In this document: positions 13,055-26,939 of the stretch, piece after piece
Numbering within the stretch: the stretch's first letter is position 1
How the letters are laid out: every line of letters begins with the position of its first letter
Translations under genes and position numbers: made by a program
Notes under the pieces: model-generated
What the model was told of the DNA's origin: nothing
Databases searched by the model: none
The model's input: the letters and a program-made list of their open reading frames with translations, nothing else
DNA from: Malacoraja senta
Taxonomy: Eukaryota
Assembly (NCBI GenBank): GCA_038087875.1
Contig: CM075993.1
Coordinates: 5,024,001-5,088,000 of the forward strand
Direction: 5' to 3'
DNA length: 64,000 nt

Positions 13055-13400
13055 CAAGTCAATCAAGTCAATTATATTTCTCTAGCACATTTAAAAACAA
13101 CTCTCGTTGACCAAAGTGCTTTACATCAGTGCAGGTACTAACCTGCTACATACAGTGGTACATAGATCTAACAATCCATACATAAATACACACATACAGC
13201 GCTCCCTCAGAGGACCGCAAGAAACGCTTGTGAGTAAAAATAAGTTTTAAGTCTAGACTTAAAAGAGTTGATGGAGGGGGCAGTTCTGATGGGAAGAGGG
13301 ATGCTGTTTCATAGTCTAGGTGCTGTAACCGCAAAAGCGCGGTCGCCCCTGAGCTTATGCCTGGACGTCATGGATGGTCAGTAACCCCAAGTCAGCTGTC
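13055..13400 (-). mobile_element. L2-clade LINE 3' end
   Basis: GDRAFAVTAPRL*NSIP...FKSRLKT remnant and (TTGAC)n tail; sister copy at 26500-26800 (+). Confidence 0.75.
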
Positions 13401-14264
13401 TTGTCCTCCAGTTTAAGGAGCACAAGAAGGGTTAAGGACAAAGAGGTTATAAAAAAAACAGCGAGGGATGATGGGGCTCACGATAGCTTTGATCGTTTAA
13501 AAGCTCCAACATTGCTCGACTGTGATCCAGTTTCTACCAGCAAGCTTTGAGCTGAAAGTCCTGACTGTTTCTTCAAGCCAAGCTCGATATTAAATCTTGA
13601 GTCATTGACGCATGCAATTTGGAAGATGCCGGGGGCTTAGAAACTCTGTGGCTGTGGAGAGAACTCTATGAGAGCTGGCTTCTGCTGTGCGGTAAATATT
13701 ATTAGGATAGTGGCTAATCTGCAATTTGGAGCTAATCTGTACCGCAGGTTGTGTGGCCATCATTTGTCATCCTGTAATTACTCACAATTCAGTTTGAACA
13801 AAAGCAAAATTAAACAGACAGCCTGGCTCTGTTAAATGCATTTCGGAAGCTGTCATTCTTTAATTGACTTATTGAGTACATTAGTTAGCCAAGCTTCATA
13901 TAAAATCTTGTGCAAGTATGCTTTCAATATTATTCAAGAGACAGCCACTTCTTCATGGCCTCGGCCCGAAACGTCACCCATTCCTTCTCTCCAGAGATGC
14001 TGCCTGTCCCGCTGAGTTACTCCAGCATTTTGTGTCTATCTTCAGTTTAAACCAGTTCCTTCCTTCACATCCGCGCGGAGGTACCAGTTTGCGGATGTGA
14101 GTTCCAAGACTTGAGCTCAGTAATCCAGGCAGACTCGCCAATGCTGCCAACATCATCAGAGATAGACACAAAAAGCTGGAGTAACTCAGCGGGTCAGACA
14201 GCATCTCTGGAGAAAGTGAATAGGCGATGATTCAGGTCGAGACATTTCTCTAAAAGCTGTTTGG

Positions 14265-14815
14265 AACGGAGATGAGGAAAATCTTTTTCACCCAGAGAGT
14301 TGTGAATCTGTGGAATTCCTTGTCTCGGAAGGCGTTGGGGGGCAATTCTCTGGATGCTTTCAAGAGAGAGATAGATAGAGCTCTTAAAGATAGCAGAGTC
14401 AGGGGATATGGGGAGAAGGCAGGAACGGGGTACTGATTGGGGATGATCAGCCATGATCACAATGAATGGCGGTGCTGGCTCGAAGAGCCGAATGGCCTAC
14501 TCCTGCACCTATTGTCTATTGTCTATTGTCTGTTGTCTAAACTAAACAAAGCAATCTAAGCGCACGGTGGCGCAGCGGTAGAGTTGCTACCTTACAGCGC
14601 TTGCAGCGCCAGAGACCCGGGTTCGATCCCGAACTCGGGAGCTTGTACGCTCTTCTCCGAGATCTTCGGTTTCCTCCCATACACCAAAGATGCACAGGTT
14701 TGTAGGTTAATTGGCCTGGTGTACGTGTAATTTGTCCCTAGTGTGTGTAGGATAGCGTCAGTGTGCGGGGATCGGACTTGGTGGGCCGAAGGGCCTGTTA
14801 AACTAAACTAAACAA
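14265..14815 (+). mobile_element. CR1 3' end followed by HE1-like SINE
   Basis: CR1 14265-14535; SINE 14561-14812. Confidence 0.8.
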
Positions 14816-15224
14816 TCGCATAACTCAACAAAACTTCCCTTGCAACATATTGTCCCCCCATTCTCACCAGATCCTACCACTCACCCAAATACCAGGGGTG
14901 ATTCTGGTAGATTAAACCACTCTGGGACATCGGGGGGAGCTGGTACACCCAGAGGAAACCCATGTGCTGCCCGCTATAATTTCCTCTTCTCCACACTCCG
15001 GTCCAGCAGAAGATACAAAAGCTTTATTGCACATACAACCAAACTCATAACAGCTTCCTCCCCACTGTTATAAGACTATCGAATGGTCCTCCCATCCGCT
15101 AGGGTATAATCCCGATCCTCCAGCCTACCTCATTGCAGACTTTGCACTTTTTCAAGAAACGGTACAAAAGACAATGCTGTAACACTATGTTCTGCACAGT
15201 GCTACTCTTTGCACTACCTTTAGA

Positions 15225-15520
15225 CTTTAGAGATACAGGGTGGAAGCAGGCCATTCGGCCCACCGAGCCTGCACCAACCAGCAATCACCCTGTACACCAA
15301 CACTACCCTACACACTAGGGCCAAATTTGTAATGCACAGAAGCCAATTGACTTGCAAAGCTGTAGGTCTTTGGAATGTGGGAGGAAACCGGAGCACCTGG
15401 AGAAAACCCAAGCGGTCACAGGGAGAATATACAAACCCTGTACCGACAGCACCCGTAGTCGGGATCAAACCCAGGTCTCTGGTGCTGTGAGGCAGCAACT
15501 CTACCGTTAAGCCACCGAAC
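15225..15520 (-). mobile_element. HE1-like SINE
   Basis: Head, V-domain and CR1-derived tail on minus strand. Confidence 0.85.
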
Positions 15521-16167
15521 TGCCCCGCACCTGTTGTCTTGTCTCCCATTCCCCTGACTCTGTCTGAATAAGGGTCTCGACCCGAAACGTCGCCTGTTTC
15601 CTTCGCTCCATAGATGCTGCCGCACCTGCTGAGTTTCTCCAGCACTTCGATTTTCCAGCATCTGCAGTTCCTTCTTAAACAACCTGCACAGTGTGATTGC
15701 ACTAAAATGACAGGATAGCAGGCAAACAAAAGATTTTCACTGTAACTCGATACACATGACAATAAATAATCCCAAACCAATGTGGTCACAAGCAGAACCA
15801 GCGAAAACAATGTACTGATTATTCTGTGTGAGAAAGAACTGCAGATGCTGGATAAAATCAAAGGTAGACACAAAAATCTGGAGTAACTCAGCGGATGAGG
15901 CCGCATCTCTGGAGAGATGGAATGGGTGACGTTTCGGGTCGAGATCCGTAGATGCTGCCTCGCCCGCTGAGTTACTCCAGCTTTTTGTGTCTACCTACTA
16001 ATTATTCTGATTTTTATTGGCAAAAATTGCAACCAATTTGCAAACAGCAAATTCCCAAAGCAGTATAAGAACAACCAGTTAGTTAGACCTTCAAGTCAAT
16101 TTTTTTTTGCAGTGGTTGAATTCATTACTGCACTTTCTAAACTGCCTAATTGTGTTTTTTTAATCAT

Positions 16168-16505
16168 TGAATGAATGAATAAGTTTATTGGCCAAGTATT
16201 CACATACAAGGAATTTGCCTCGGTGCTCCGCCTGCAAGTGACAACATGACATACAGTGACAGTTACGAATGACACATAAAAAATTAAACATTAATAATAA
16301 AACATTATCGATTAAACATGTGAATTAAATAAAATACCAGAGTAAAAGGAGGCTACAGATTTTTGGTTATTGAGTAGAGCAACTACTCATGGAAAAAAAG
16401 CTGTTTTGATGTCTGGCTGTGGCGGCTTTGACAGTCCGGAGTCGCCTTCCAGAGGGAAGTGATTCAAAGAGTTTGTGGCCAGGGTGAGAGGGGTCAGAGA
16501 TGATC
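16168..16505 (-). mobile_element. Rex1/Babar LINE 3' end
   Basis: IISDPSHPGHKLFESLPSGRRLRTVKAATARHQNSFFP then UTR and (ATTC)n tail; related UTR at 30870-31050 and 61350-61540. Confidence 0.85.
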
Positions 16506-17959
16506 TTTTTTTGTGTTTTTGGAAGGAATTCTGTCCCTGATTTGTGTATTGGTCTTTATAACTTATTTTTTTTTAATTCTGATTATATGTTTCCTATAAA
16601 TCTCTGTAAGGTGTCCTTGAGACCTCGGTATAAGGCGCCCGTAAATAAAATTCATTATTATTATTATTATTACCCACTCGCTTCCTGGCCCTTGCAGTGT
16701 ACAGTTCGTCAATGGAGGGAAGGTTGCAGCCAATAACCTTCTCAACTGATCGGACAATTCGCTGTTAATATGTACCCAGCATTGGTTCATAACATTGGTT
16801 CTGTAAGCAGCTCCATAACTTCAAACCTTTCACACATTTTTGAATGCGTTAGGCAGGCATCTCATTTACAAAGTCTCAATACATTAGTGATTTGGCACAA
16901 GGAGGTCTTTGGATCTTAAATGTAGATATAAATCTGCACCGGATGAGTGGTTTGCATTTTGACTGCGGTGAATATTTGATAATGTATCACCAACTAATTT
17001 AAAAGCATTCATGAATATTATTGTGCATTATTCACCTGTTAAATTGGCACTCACACACCAACTCCTGCATATGTTGTCATAGTTTGATACAGCGTGGAAA
17101 CAGGCCCTTCGGTACACCTTGCCCACACCGACCCACGGGCCCCATCCACACAGACCCACCTGCCCTGCGCTTGGCCCATAATCCTCCAAACCTGTCCTAT
17201 CCATGTACCTGTCTGTACGGAGTTTGCACGTTCTCCCCGTGACCGCGTCGGTTCACTCCGAGATCTTTGCTTTCCTCCACCACTCCAAAGACGTACAGGT
17301 TTGTAGGTTTAATTGGCTTTGTGTGTGTGTAAAATTGTCCCTCGTATGTCGGATGGTGTTAATGTGCGGGGATCGTTGGTCGGCGGGGACTCGGTAGGGC
17401 TGAAGGATCTGTTTCTGCGCTGTATCTCGAAACTAAACTAAAACTGAACGAAATCTGAAATTGGTGTGGAATGGGGACACTTTCGACCTCCCTGACCCTC
17501 AACATCTCTCCTGACTGAAAAAGAATCAAATGTCTTTCATGTTAATGTCTGGCAGATTGCCACAAATTCCATCAACAGCCCACATTTGACAGTCTTAATA
17601 GTTCGCACAGAGCCCGCCAGTTATTTGCTTTCCTGTAATCCCTTCCCGCTTGTTTTATTAACCAACATTTGCTGAATCATTAACGAAAGGACACAAAGCC
17701 ACCGTGGTGAATGTTGTCTCATCAGTTTTATCTGATAAACTTCCCTAAGGGGGGATGTGGGTCTCGATGAGGGTCTAACATTGAAACCCCACCCCCACCA
17801 CCACCTGCGGGCGATTTCACACCCCCCCTCCCCAGGCCATAATTGGGCCATCTCACCCCTCTCCCCTCTCCCTGACTCACCTGTGGTGATCTCAGCCCCC
17901 ACCCACCCACCTACCTGCGGACATTCCCGAGCTCAACCCAGCCATGGACAATCTCGCCC

Positions 17960-18480
17960 CGAGATGGCCACATCCAATGCTATCCTGAAAAGGCATTGAC
18001 CATCCCAACCCAGAGCTGACCAATCGCAACCCCACATCCGACCAATCCCAGCGCATTCGACCAATCCTAACTCAACTCGAGCAATCCCAAGCCTTCTTCG
18101 CCAATTCCAACCCTTTCCGACCAATCCCAAACGCAGAGCCGACCAATCCCAATCCCAATTCTTCCTGACCAATCCAACTCTTCCTGACCAATCCCAACTC
18201 AACTTGACCAAACTCAACTCTTCCTGACCAATCCCAACTCTTCCTGACCAATCCCAACTCTTCCTGACCAATCCCAACTCTTCCTGACCCAATCCTAACT
18301 CAACTTGACCAATCCCAACTCTTCCTGACCAATCCCAACTCTTCCTGACCAATCCCAACTCAACTTGACCAAACCCAAGGCTGACCTGACCAATCGCAAC
18401 TCTGACCTGACCAACCCCAACGGTATCCTGACCAATCCCAACTGAGCCTGAACAATCCCAGCGCAGAGCTAACAAGCCCA
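17960..18480. repeat. Degenerate ~20-bp minisatellite TTCCTGACCAATCCCAACTC
   Basis: Repeated GACCAATCCCAAC core, purest at 18160-18365. Confidence 0.9.
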
Positions 18481-19129
18481 ACCCGGGGCTGAAGGTCCCA
18501 GCCCACCCAAGGGAGAAAGCCAGCCCTCAGTCCAGAGGTCAACACCTCCAACAGTACAGCCACCCCCTCAGTAACAGGTCAGGGGAATCATGGCAGCTGA
18601 GTCCTCAATACTACACTCACTACACTCCAGATCCAAGGTGGAGCCCAACGCAGACTCCGTGTGTGCTGGCACACAAGTGCATGTGCAATCACGCATAACA
18701 GTCGCTCCACTCTTATAAACCCCTGTACACCGTGGATGGCTCGATTGGAATCAGGTACAGTCTTTCCGCTGACTGGTAAGCGTGCAACAAAGGTTTTTCA
18801 CTGTACCGAGATATATGTGAAAAATAAACTAAATGTTTCTCTGTTCAGATCCCCAGAGCGGGATTTGAACTCGCAACCTCCTGGAGCTGCCTACTTATTG
18901 CACCACCACAGGACGGGCACCCTATTTGGATCTCAAGGTCGGCAGCCTGCCGTCCTCTCCAGCTGTTGCAATGCCATTTGGATAGTAACCAGATGTTCCA
19001 CTTTGAACAAGCAAGCATCAGCGAGTGGGAGAGATTGAGACAGACGTGATATGAAGCTGTCAGCTTGCTGCAGGCTCGACAGATTGGTTGATGGAGTCAG
19101 TACATCTCCACATTCTGCCAGTATCTCTT

Positions 19130-19285
19130 CGTATCCCTTTCCCCTGACTCGCAGTCTGAAGAAGGGTCTCGACCTGAAACGTCACCCATTCCTTCTCTCC
19201 AGAGATGCTGCCTGACCCGTGAGTTACTCCAGCTTTTTATGTCCATCTTCGGTGTAAACCATCATCTGCAGTTCCTTCCTACACA
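19130..19285 (+). mobile_element. Penelope-derived terminal repeat with hammerhead motif (19156-19183)
   Basis: CTGAAGAAGGGTCTCGACCTGAAACGTC + CATTCCTTCTCTCCAGAGATGCTGCC...CATCTGCAGTTCC. Confidence 0.8.
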
Positions 19286-19309
19286 TTTCTTCTGCTCCAC
19301 TGTGAAATC

Positions 19310-19695
19310 TCATAGAAACATAGAAACATAGAAAATAGGTGCAGGAGGAGGTCATTCGGCCCTTCGAGCCAGCACCGCCATTCATGTGATCATGGCTATC
19401 AATAACCCGTACCTGCCTTCTCCCCATATCCCTTGACTCCACTAGCCCCTAGAGCTCTATCTAACTCTCTCTTAAATCCATCCAGTGACTTGGCCTCCAC
19501 TGCCCTCTGTGGCAGGGAATTCCATAAATTCACAACTCTCTGGGTAAAAAAGTTTTTTCTCACCTCAGTCTTAAATGACCTCCCCTTTATTCTAAGACTG
19601 TGTGGCCCCTGGTTCTGGATTCGCCCAACATTGGGAACATTTTTCCTGCATCTAGCTTGTCCCAGTCCTTTTATAATTTTATATGTTTCTATATG
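19310..19695 (-). mobile_element. CR1 LINE 3' end
   Basis: (TATGTTTC)n tail; near-identical copy at 24165-24445. Confidence 0.85.
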
Positions 19696-20484
19696 ATCCC
19701 ACCCTCCTCAAGGTATGTCTACTTTGAAGAAGTCCTCCTCCACTCTCCGACGAGAGTCCTGCAACACCCTCTCTCGCTGCCCCACCCCCTCTGTGATTCC
19801 TCCTGCTCATATCTTTCATTCATCTGTTCCACATCTCTCTACATCACCGTCTATATCTGTCGTTTCCCTCTCCCGTGACTCTCAGTCTGAAGAAGGGTCT
19901 GACGAATCGTCACCCATTCCTTTTATTCAGATGGTCACGGGGAGAACGTACAAAACTCCGCACAGACAGCACCCGTAGTCGGGATCGAACCCGGGTCTCC
20001 AGCGCTGCATTGGCTGTAAGGCAGCGACTCTACCGCTGCGCCACCGTGACTGCCCTGCTATACTGCTCTGTGTCCTATGGTAGATATTCCGTTCTTCAGC
20101 CATATTGTCAACATCAAGGCCAATCTACAGAACGGTAGGTCATTTGCTGGAGGAGTTCTTTGGTGATTCGCCAGGAAATCTCTGATCTGCCTCATATTCC
20201 TCATTATCCATCGCTGTAAATGGGCTTTATAGCAATCTGCGGTTAAGTGCGAACTTGGCTAAAATGAGCTATAAAAGACGTGATGTGTTTAACAACTGGC
20301 TGGTGAATTCATCCCCATCCAGAGCTTGTAAACGTTGATGCGGTGTGAATGGGGCACAGGGGAAATGCAAGCGCTGGGATCCTGCACAAAACACAAAGTG
20401 CTGGAGAACACAGGGTCAGGCGGCATCGTGCACCTGACCCGAACGTCGCCTATATCTTTGCTCCATAGATGCTGCCTCACACTT

Positions 20485-21015
20485 GGAGACCACACCTGGA
20501 GTATAGTGTGCAGTTTTGGTCCCCTAATTTGAGGAAGGACATTCTTGCCATTGAGGGAGCCCAGGGTAGGTTCACCAGGTTAATTCCCGGGATGGCGGGA
20601 CTGTCATACGCTGAGAGAATGGAGCGGCTGGCTTGTACACTCTGGAGTTTAGAGGATGAGAGGGGATCTTATTGAAACATATAAGATTGTTAAGGGTTTG
20701 GACACACTAGAGGCAGGAAACATGTTCCCGATGTTGGGGGAGTCCAGAACCAGGGGCCACAGTTAAGAATAAGGGGTAATCCATTTAGAACGGAGACGAG
20801 GAAACACTTTTTCTCACAGAGAGTTGTGAGTGTGGAATTCTCTGCCTCACAGGGTGGTGGAGGCCGGTTCTCTGGATACTTTCAAGAGAGAGCTAGATAG
20901 GGCTCTTAAAGATAGCGGAGTCAGGGGATATGGGGAGAAGGCAGGAACGGGGTACTGATTGTGGCTCGAAGGGCCGAATGGCCTACTGCTGCACCTATTG
21001 TCTATTGTCTATTGT
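20485..21015 (+). mobile_element. CR1 LINE 3' fragment
   Basis: RPHLEYSVQFWSPNLRKDILAIEGAQGRFTRLIPG with frameshifts. Confidence 0.9.
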
Positions 21016-21620
21016 CTCACACATGGAGTTTCTCCAGCTTTTGTGTCTAACTTATAATTCTAAGAGGATTTAATATGGGTTGTTGGCATGGACAAGAACA
21101 CAATGAAAAACTTTATTTGCATGCTGTACAATCAGTCAGATACATAGATACGTCAGTTCAAACTCAAGTACTATAGATGGAGCCAAGGGGCAGATAAAGA
21201 CTGTAGAATATACTGTATTTCCCAGCAATGAAGACGCACCGCCATTTTGAGTTGCTAAATTTTGATAAAAGGCTGGCGGGACAGAATTTCTCACGCTCAA
21301 AAAAATAAAAAATAAAAAATAAAAATAAAGATAGTAACAATTTAATTTGCCCAAGGCTTCCAGATCTCCTCCATTCTGAATGACTGAATGGCTGGGGGGG
21401 GGGTGGGGGGGGGGGTGACGGCAGGTGGAGAGATGGTGGGAAAAAACGGGAGCACAAGTTGAATCAGTTGTGATCTTATTGAATGACAATACTAGTTCAA
21501 GGGACCGATTGAGGTTAGTCGCGCTGACACAGGAGTAAGCTCCACCGCCCGCTGTCGTGTTATCCATGGCCCGCTGGCCCGCTCCGCTCTCGGATCTTTG
21601 CTCTAGAGCTGGTCCCCTTA

Positions 21621-21980
21621 AGGGACTGTCCCACGGGCATGCGACTCCATGCGGCAAGCGCGCCCTAACCGCAAGCGGGTGCCGTGCGGGGGCCGCGGGG
21701 CCGGTCCCACTTCGATCGCGGGAGCCGTATGGAGTTGGGCGGAGCTGGTCCCGACATCGCGCGGGGGCTCCGAAAACTGCACTGTTCAAAAATTCCATGC
21801 GGCAACGGCCTGCCGCCCCGCAGCCGCATCGACGGCCGTGCGCGCCGCCTCGCCGCCGTACGCACCGTCTTGACGGCACTAGACCTCCGCGCGGCCCCCG
21901 CTTCCGATTTGGTAGCGCTTGCCGCATGCGGCCGCATGCTGGTGGGACCGGCCCTGTACGGGGATCAATCGACCTCCGCA
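21621..21980. mobile_element. GC-rich PIF/Harbinger-like MITE subfamily C, truncated
   Basis: TTA|AGGGACTGTCCCACGGGCATGCG; inverted homologue of 57038-57443. Confidence 0.8.
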
Positions 21981-22216
21981 TTGTAGTGCATCTTGACCAG
22001 AGACGGCCCAACATCCACAGTGGGATAGAGGTGAATGGGACAGTACCCTAGATATGGAAGAAGCTGTTCCTGAGTCTGGTGCTGGACACTTTCTAACTTC
22101 TGTACCTTCTGCTGGACAGAAGCAGGGAGAAGAGGGACAAGTCGTTGATTATGTTGGAACAAGGAGATGCAGATGTTGCTTTATATACGAAGGTAGGCGG
22201 CACAAAATGCTGGAAT

Positions 22217-22416
22217 NNNNNNNNNNNNNNNNNNNNNNNNNNNNNNNNNNNNNNNNNNNNNNNNNNNNNNNNNNNNNNNNNNNNNNNNNNNNNNNNNNNN
22301 NNNNNNNNNNNNNNNNNNNNNNNNNNNNNNNNNNNNNNNNNNNNNNNNNNNNNNNNNNNNNNNNNNNNNNNNNNNNNNNNNNNNNNNNNNNNNNNNNNNN
22401 NNNNNNNNNNNNNNNN
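22217..22416. other. Assembly gap (200 N)
   Basis: Run of n. Confidence 1.
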
Positions 22417-22469
22417 GTTCTGCACCTTTTCATATCTCGTTTCGAAGGAAAGATTGTTAAGGGCTTGGA

Positions 22470-22723
22470 AGATTGATAAGGGTAGACAAAAATGCTGGAG
22501 AAACTCAGCGGGTGAGGCAGCATCTATGGAGCGAAGGAAATAGGCAACGTTTCGTCCCGAAACCCTGAAGGAAATAGGCAACGTTTCGGGCCGAAACCCG
22601 GAAGGGTTTCGGCCCGAAACGTTGCCTATTTCCTTCGCTCCATAGATGCTGCCTCACCCGCTGAGTTTCTCCAGCATTTTTTGTCTACCTTCGATTTTCC
22701 AGCATCTGCAGTTCCTTCTTAAC
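22470..22723. mobile_element. Fold-back Penelope-derived element inserted in CR1
   Basis: Inverted arms centred on AAACCCGGAAGGGTTT; flanked by 21-bp direct repeat AAAGATTGTTAAGGGCTTGGA (22449-22469, 22724-22744). Confidence 0.8.
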
Positions 22724-23080
22724 AAAGATTGTTAAGGGCTTGGACACGCTAGAGGCAGGAAACATGTTCCCGATGTTGGGGGGGAGTCCAGAACCAGGGG
22801 CCACACAGTTTAAGAATAAGGGGTGAGCCGTTTAGAACGGAGACGAGGAAACACTTTTTCTCACAGAGAGCGGTGAGTCTGTGGAATTCTCTGCCTCAGA
22901 GGGAGGCGGAGGCTGGGTTCTCTGGATGCTTTCAAGAGAGAGCTAGATAGGGCTCTTAAAGATAGCGGAGTCAGGGGATATGGGGAGAAGGCAGGAACGG
23001 GGTACTGATTGGGGATGATCAGCCATGATCACATTGAATGGCTCGAAGGGCCGAATGGCCTACTCCTGCACCTATTGTCT
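22724..23080 (+). mobile_element. CR1 LINE 3' end
   Basis: KIVKGLDTLEAGNMFP...VSLWNSLPQR. Confidence 0.9.
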
Positions 23081-26000
23081 TGTTTATTGACACACACACA
23101 TACTCAATAAGTAAACAAATATACTACAATAATAGTAATTGTGTGTTGCAGTTCAGAGATTATTTGCTGTAGTGTTTAATAGCCTGATGGCTGGAGGGAA
23201 GCAGCTGTTCCTGAACCTGGACATGACAGTTTTCAGGCTCCTGTACTGTCTTCCCGATGGTAACGGTGAAATGAGTGTGTGGCCAGGATGGTGCGGGTCT
23301 CTGATGATGCTGATTGATGGTCTGCATGGACTCAGTGGGCTGAAGGGCCTGTTGCCATGCTGTGTCTTTTCATCAATTCAATCAACTATCTCTCCACCCT
23401 CTAGTATCAACCAGCAGATCTGGTTAATAGAGTATTTAGCTGTCGTATGTCCCAGGAACGGAACGATGAGATTCTTATTAGCAGGCTTGAAAATGCAATG
23501 ACACACAGAAAAAGATACAATAATCAATAATGCACTCAATCAATAACTGTAACACGAGGGAACATTAATAGCTCAAGAATCACAGTCGGTAGTGCAACTG
23601 AATGCACAGTCCAAGGGGCGATCACACAGTCGCTGACGTCCGTGTGGAAGCAAGGAACTGCAGATGCTGTTTTACGGGAAAAAAGACACAAAGTGCTGGA
23701 GTAACTCGGCAAGCCAGCCTGCCATCTCTGGAGAACATGGAGAGTTGACGTTTCAGGTCAGGACCCGTTAGAGTAGCTGTTTACGAATGTATTTGATGTT
23801 TAAGAATATTAGTTCGGATGCACAAAATTGCTGGAGAAACTCAGCGGGTGCAGCAGCATCTATGGAGCGAAGGAAATAGGCAACGTTTCGGGCGAAACCC
23901 TTCTTCAGATAATTGGGTGATTTTCTATTATGCTGGTGAGTTTGTCTGGTATTGTTGTTTTTTAAAAATTGTACATATTATTCTTTCAATTACTGATCAC
24001 ATTTATTTTTGTTTTTGAACAAAAATGCAGCGTCTCCTGGCCAGGCCCCTTCTCTGTAATTAGCTCCATCGAAACATCATATAAAATCCCAGCAGGAGAT
24101 TCCTTTCAACAGAAAAGAGACACAAAATGCTGGAGTAACTCAGCAGGCCAGGCAGCATCTCCGGAAACATAGAAAATAGGTGCAGGAGGAGGCCATTCGG
24201 CCCTTCCAGCCAGCACCGCCATTCATTGTGATCATGGCTGATCGTCCCCAATCAATAACCCGTGCCTGCCTTCTCCCATATCCCTTGACTCCACTAGCCC
24301 CTAGAGCTCTATCTAACTCTCTCTTAAATCCATCCAGTGACTTGGCCTCCACTGCCCTCTGTGGCAGGGAATTCCACAAATTCACAACTCTCTGGGTGAA
24401 AAAGTTTTTTCTCACCTCAGTCTTAAATGACCTACCCTTTATTCTAAGACAACCTCCCGTTTATTCTAAGAACGGAGAGAAGGAATAGGTGGACGTCTCG
24501 GATCGTGACCTCCTGACCTGAAACGCCACCTGTTCCTCTTCTCCAGAGATGGCACCTGACCCGCTGAGTTACTCCCGCACTTTGCGTCCATCTTCGGGGT
24601 AAACCAGCATCTGCAGTTCCTTCTGCGCACTTCCTTTCCACGGAGATCGTAACTCAAAGACGTGTGGCTGTTTGCAACGTGTCCAACTTCACCAGAGGAG
24701 TCCATTGTACCCGCACAGGTGTGAGGTACAGGTGTAACGGAAATCTTGCTTCGGGGAGCATCGCGGGCGCGGAGACTCAGATATATACAATGAAGAGAGG
24801 CAGAGATAGGGTAGACATTCAGAACCTTTTTGTCCAACACCAGAGGGCATAGCAACAAGGTGAGAGGGGCAAAGTCTGGTGGAGGTGTGCGGGGCAAGTT
24901 TTTTTTACACAGAGGGTAGTGGGGACCTGGAACGCATTGCCAGGGGTGGTGGTGGAGGCAGATTGTGACATTTAGATAGGTACATGGAAGTGTAGGGAAT
25001 ATGGATCATGTACACGATTAAATTGGCGTTATGTTCACCACAAACATTGTGGGCTGAAGGGCCTGCTCCTGTGCAGTAAGATCTACAAGATCACCCCTCA
25101 GCCTCCTGCGCTCCAAGGAATAGAGTCCCAGCTTGCTCAAGCCTGCCTTTCAAATTACATTGGGACAACTATATGGAGAGGAAGGCACATCCGGCCAAAT
25201 GGGACTATCTCACTGCGTAGCTTAAGGAGGCACAGTGGCACAGCGGTAGAGTTGCTGCCTCACAGCGCCAGAGACCCAGGTTCAATCCTAACCTCGGGTG
25301 CTGTCTGCATGGAGTTCGCACGTTCCCCCCCCGTGACCGCTGGCTTCCCTCTGGGTGCTCCGGCTTCCTCCCACGTTAAAAGATGTGCGGGGTTTGTAGG
25401 TTTAATGGCCTCTTGTAAATTGCCCCTAGTGTGTAGGATTGAACTGGTGTACGGATGATCGATGGTCAGCGTGGACCCGGTGGGCCAAAGGGCCTGTTTC
25501 TAGGCTGTAACTTTGAACTAAACTAATTGGGAAAATTGCTGGAGAACACTCAACAAGTCAGGCTGCCTCTGTGGGGGTGAAAACAGTAATAACTTCAGCG
25601 GTCCAAATGACGGAACTGAGATAGTTGCTTGGATGGAGTGGTCCATCACCTCAGGTCAGTTCAGTTAATTGTCACGTGTACCGAGGTACAGTGAAAAGCT
25701 TAGTTGCGGGCTAACCAGTCAGCGGAAAGACAATACATGCTTACAATCGAGCCATTCACAGTGTACACATACATGATAAGAGAATAATATTTAGCGCAAG
25801 GGAAAGCCAGCAAAGTCTGATCAAAGATCAGTCTGAGGGTCACCAACGAGGTACATCAGTTGTGATCAAATCGAACTGCAGATGCTGGTTTACACGGAAT
25901 ATTGACACTAAATGCTGGAGTAACTCAGCGGGACAGGGTGAAGAAGGGTCTCGACCCGAAACGTCACCCATTCCATCTCTCCAGAGATGCTGCCTGTCCC

Positions 26001-26359
26001 GCTGACTTACTACTCCAGTGTTTTGTGTCGATCTAATCGGAAATGTTTGAGGGAGTGACAGTACTCGCTTGGGGAGTTCCTGCCGACAGACGTTATTTGG
26101 CATCAGGACCAACAATAACCCATCACGGATCCTAGGTTGTGAAGGCTGCTTTTGATCGACAGAAACACGAACTGGTTTTCAGAAATAGTTAGCTCCTCGC
26201 AGACTGCTTGGGGAAGGAAAGGCAGCTGGGATGCCTGAAGATTGATGGCCGGTTAAACTGTTGTCTCTTTTTCTGCTCCGAAGCAAACTGATGTTTCCTT
26301 CCCTCTTCCCCACCGGGCAACCGGGTTCGCACAAGGAACTGTCTGTGAGCTCCAGCAGT

Positions 26360-26500
26360 CCCGCACGTGGCCTGGCCAAGCTGGCCATCTGCGAGTCACG
26401 GCGCCAGGCGGAAGAGGGCTCTGCCCGAGCCGGCTGCCAGCCAGCCCCTTTTCCGGGGTTTACGTCTGCGCCCGGGTGGTGTTAGAGAGGGTCTACGCCC
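26360..26500 (+). mobile_element. Tx1-like LINE ORF2 C-terminal fragment
   Basis: GLAKLAICESRRQAEEG...PLFRG, homologous to 44995-45150. Confidence 0.6.
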
Positions 26501-26939
26501 TGACAGCTCAGGGGCGACCGCGCCTTTGCGGTTGCAGCTCCTAGACTGTGGAACAGCATCCCCCTTCCCATCAGAACCGCCCCCTCCATCAACTCCTTTA
26601 AGTCGAGACTTAAACCTCATCTTTACTCTCAAGCCTTTCTTAACGTCCTCTGAGGGAGGGCTATATGTATGTATTTATGTATGTACGTAATCTATGAACC
26701 ACTGTTGTATAACGTTAGAACATCCACCAATGTAAACCACTTTGGCCAACGAGAGTTGTTTTTTAAATGTGCTATAGAAATAAAAGTGACTTGACTTGAA
26801 GAAAAGTGACTGTCCACAGGCGCTCTGGGGGATTTCCGGGACCGGTGGACACCAGGGGTGGGTGGAATGCATCCTCAGTAATGATGGGGAATTACTAATT
26901 TAGAATACTTGGTTAGCTTGTATTGCAGCAGTCATGTTG

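Noticed and set aside
20100..20140. Possible plus-strand micro-exon (ttcttcAG...GTaggt)
   Set aside because: No recognisable peptide or partner exons.
21136..22051. 292-aa GC-rich ORF and apparent CpG island
   Set aside because: Explained by MITE subfamily C, also present at 57038-57443.
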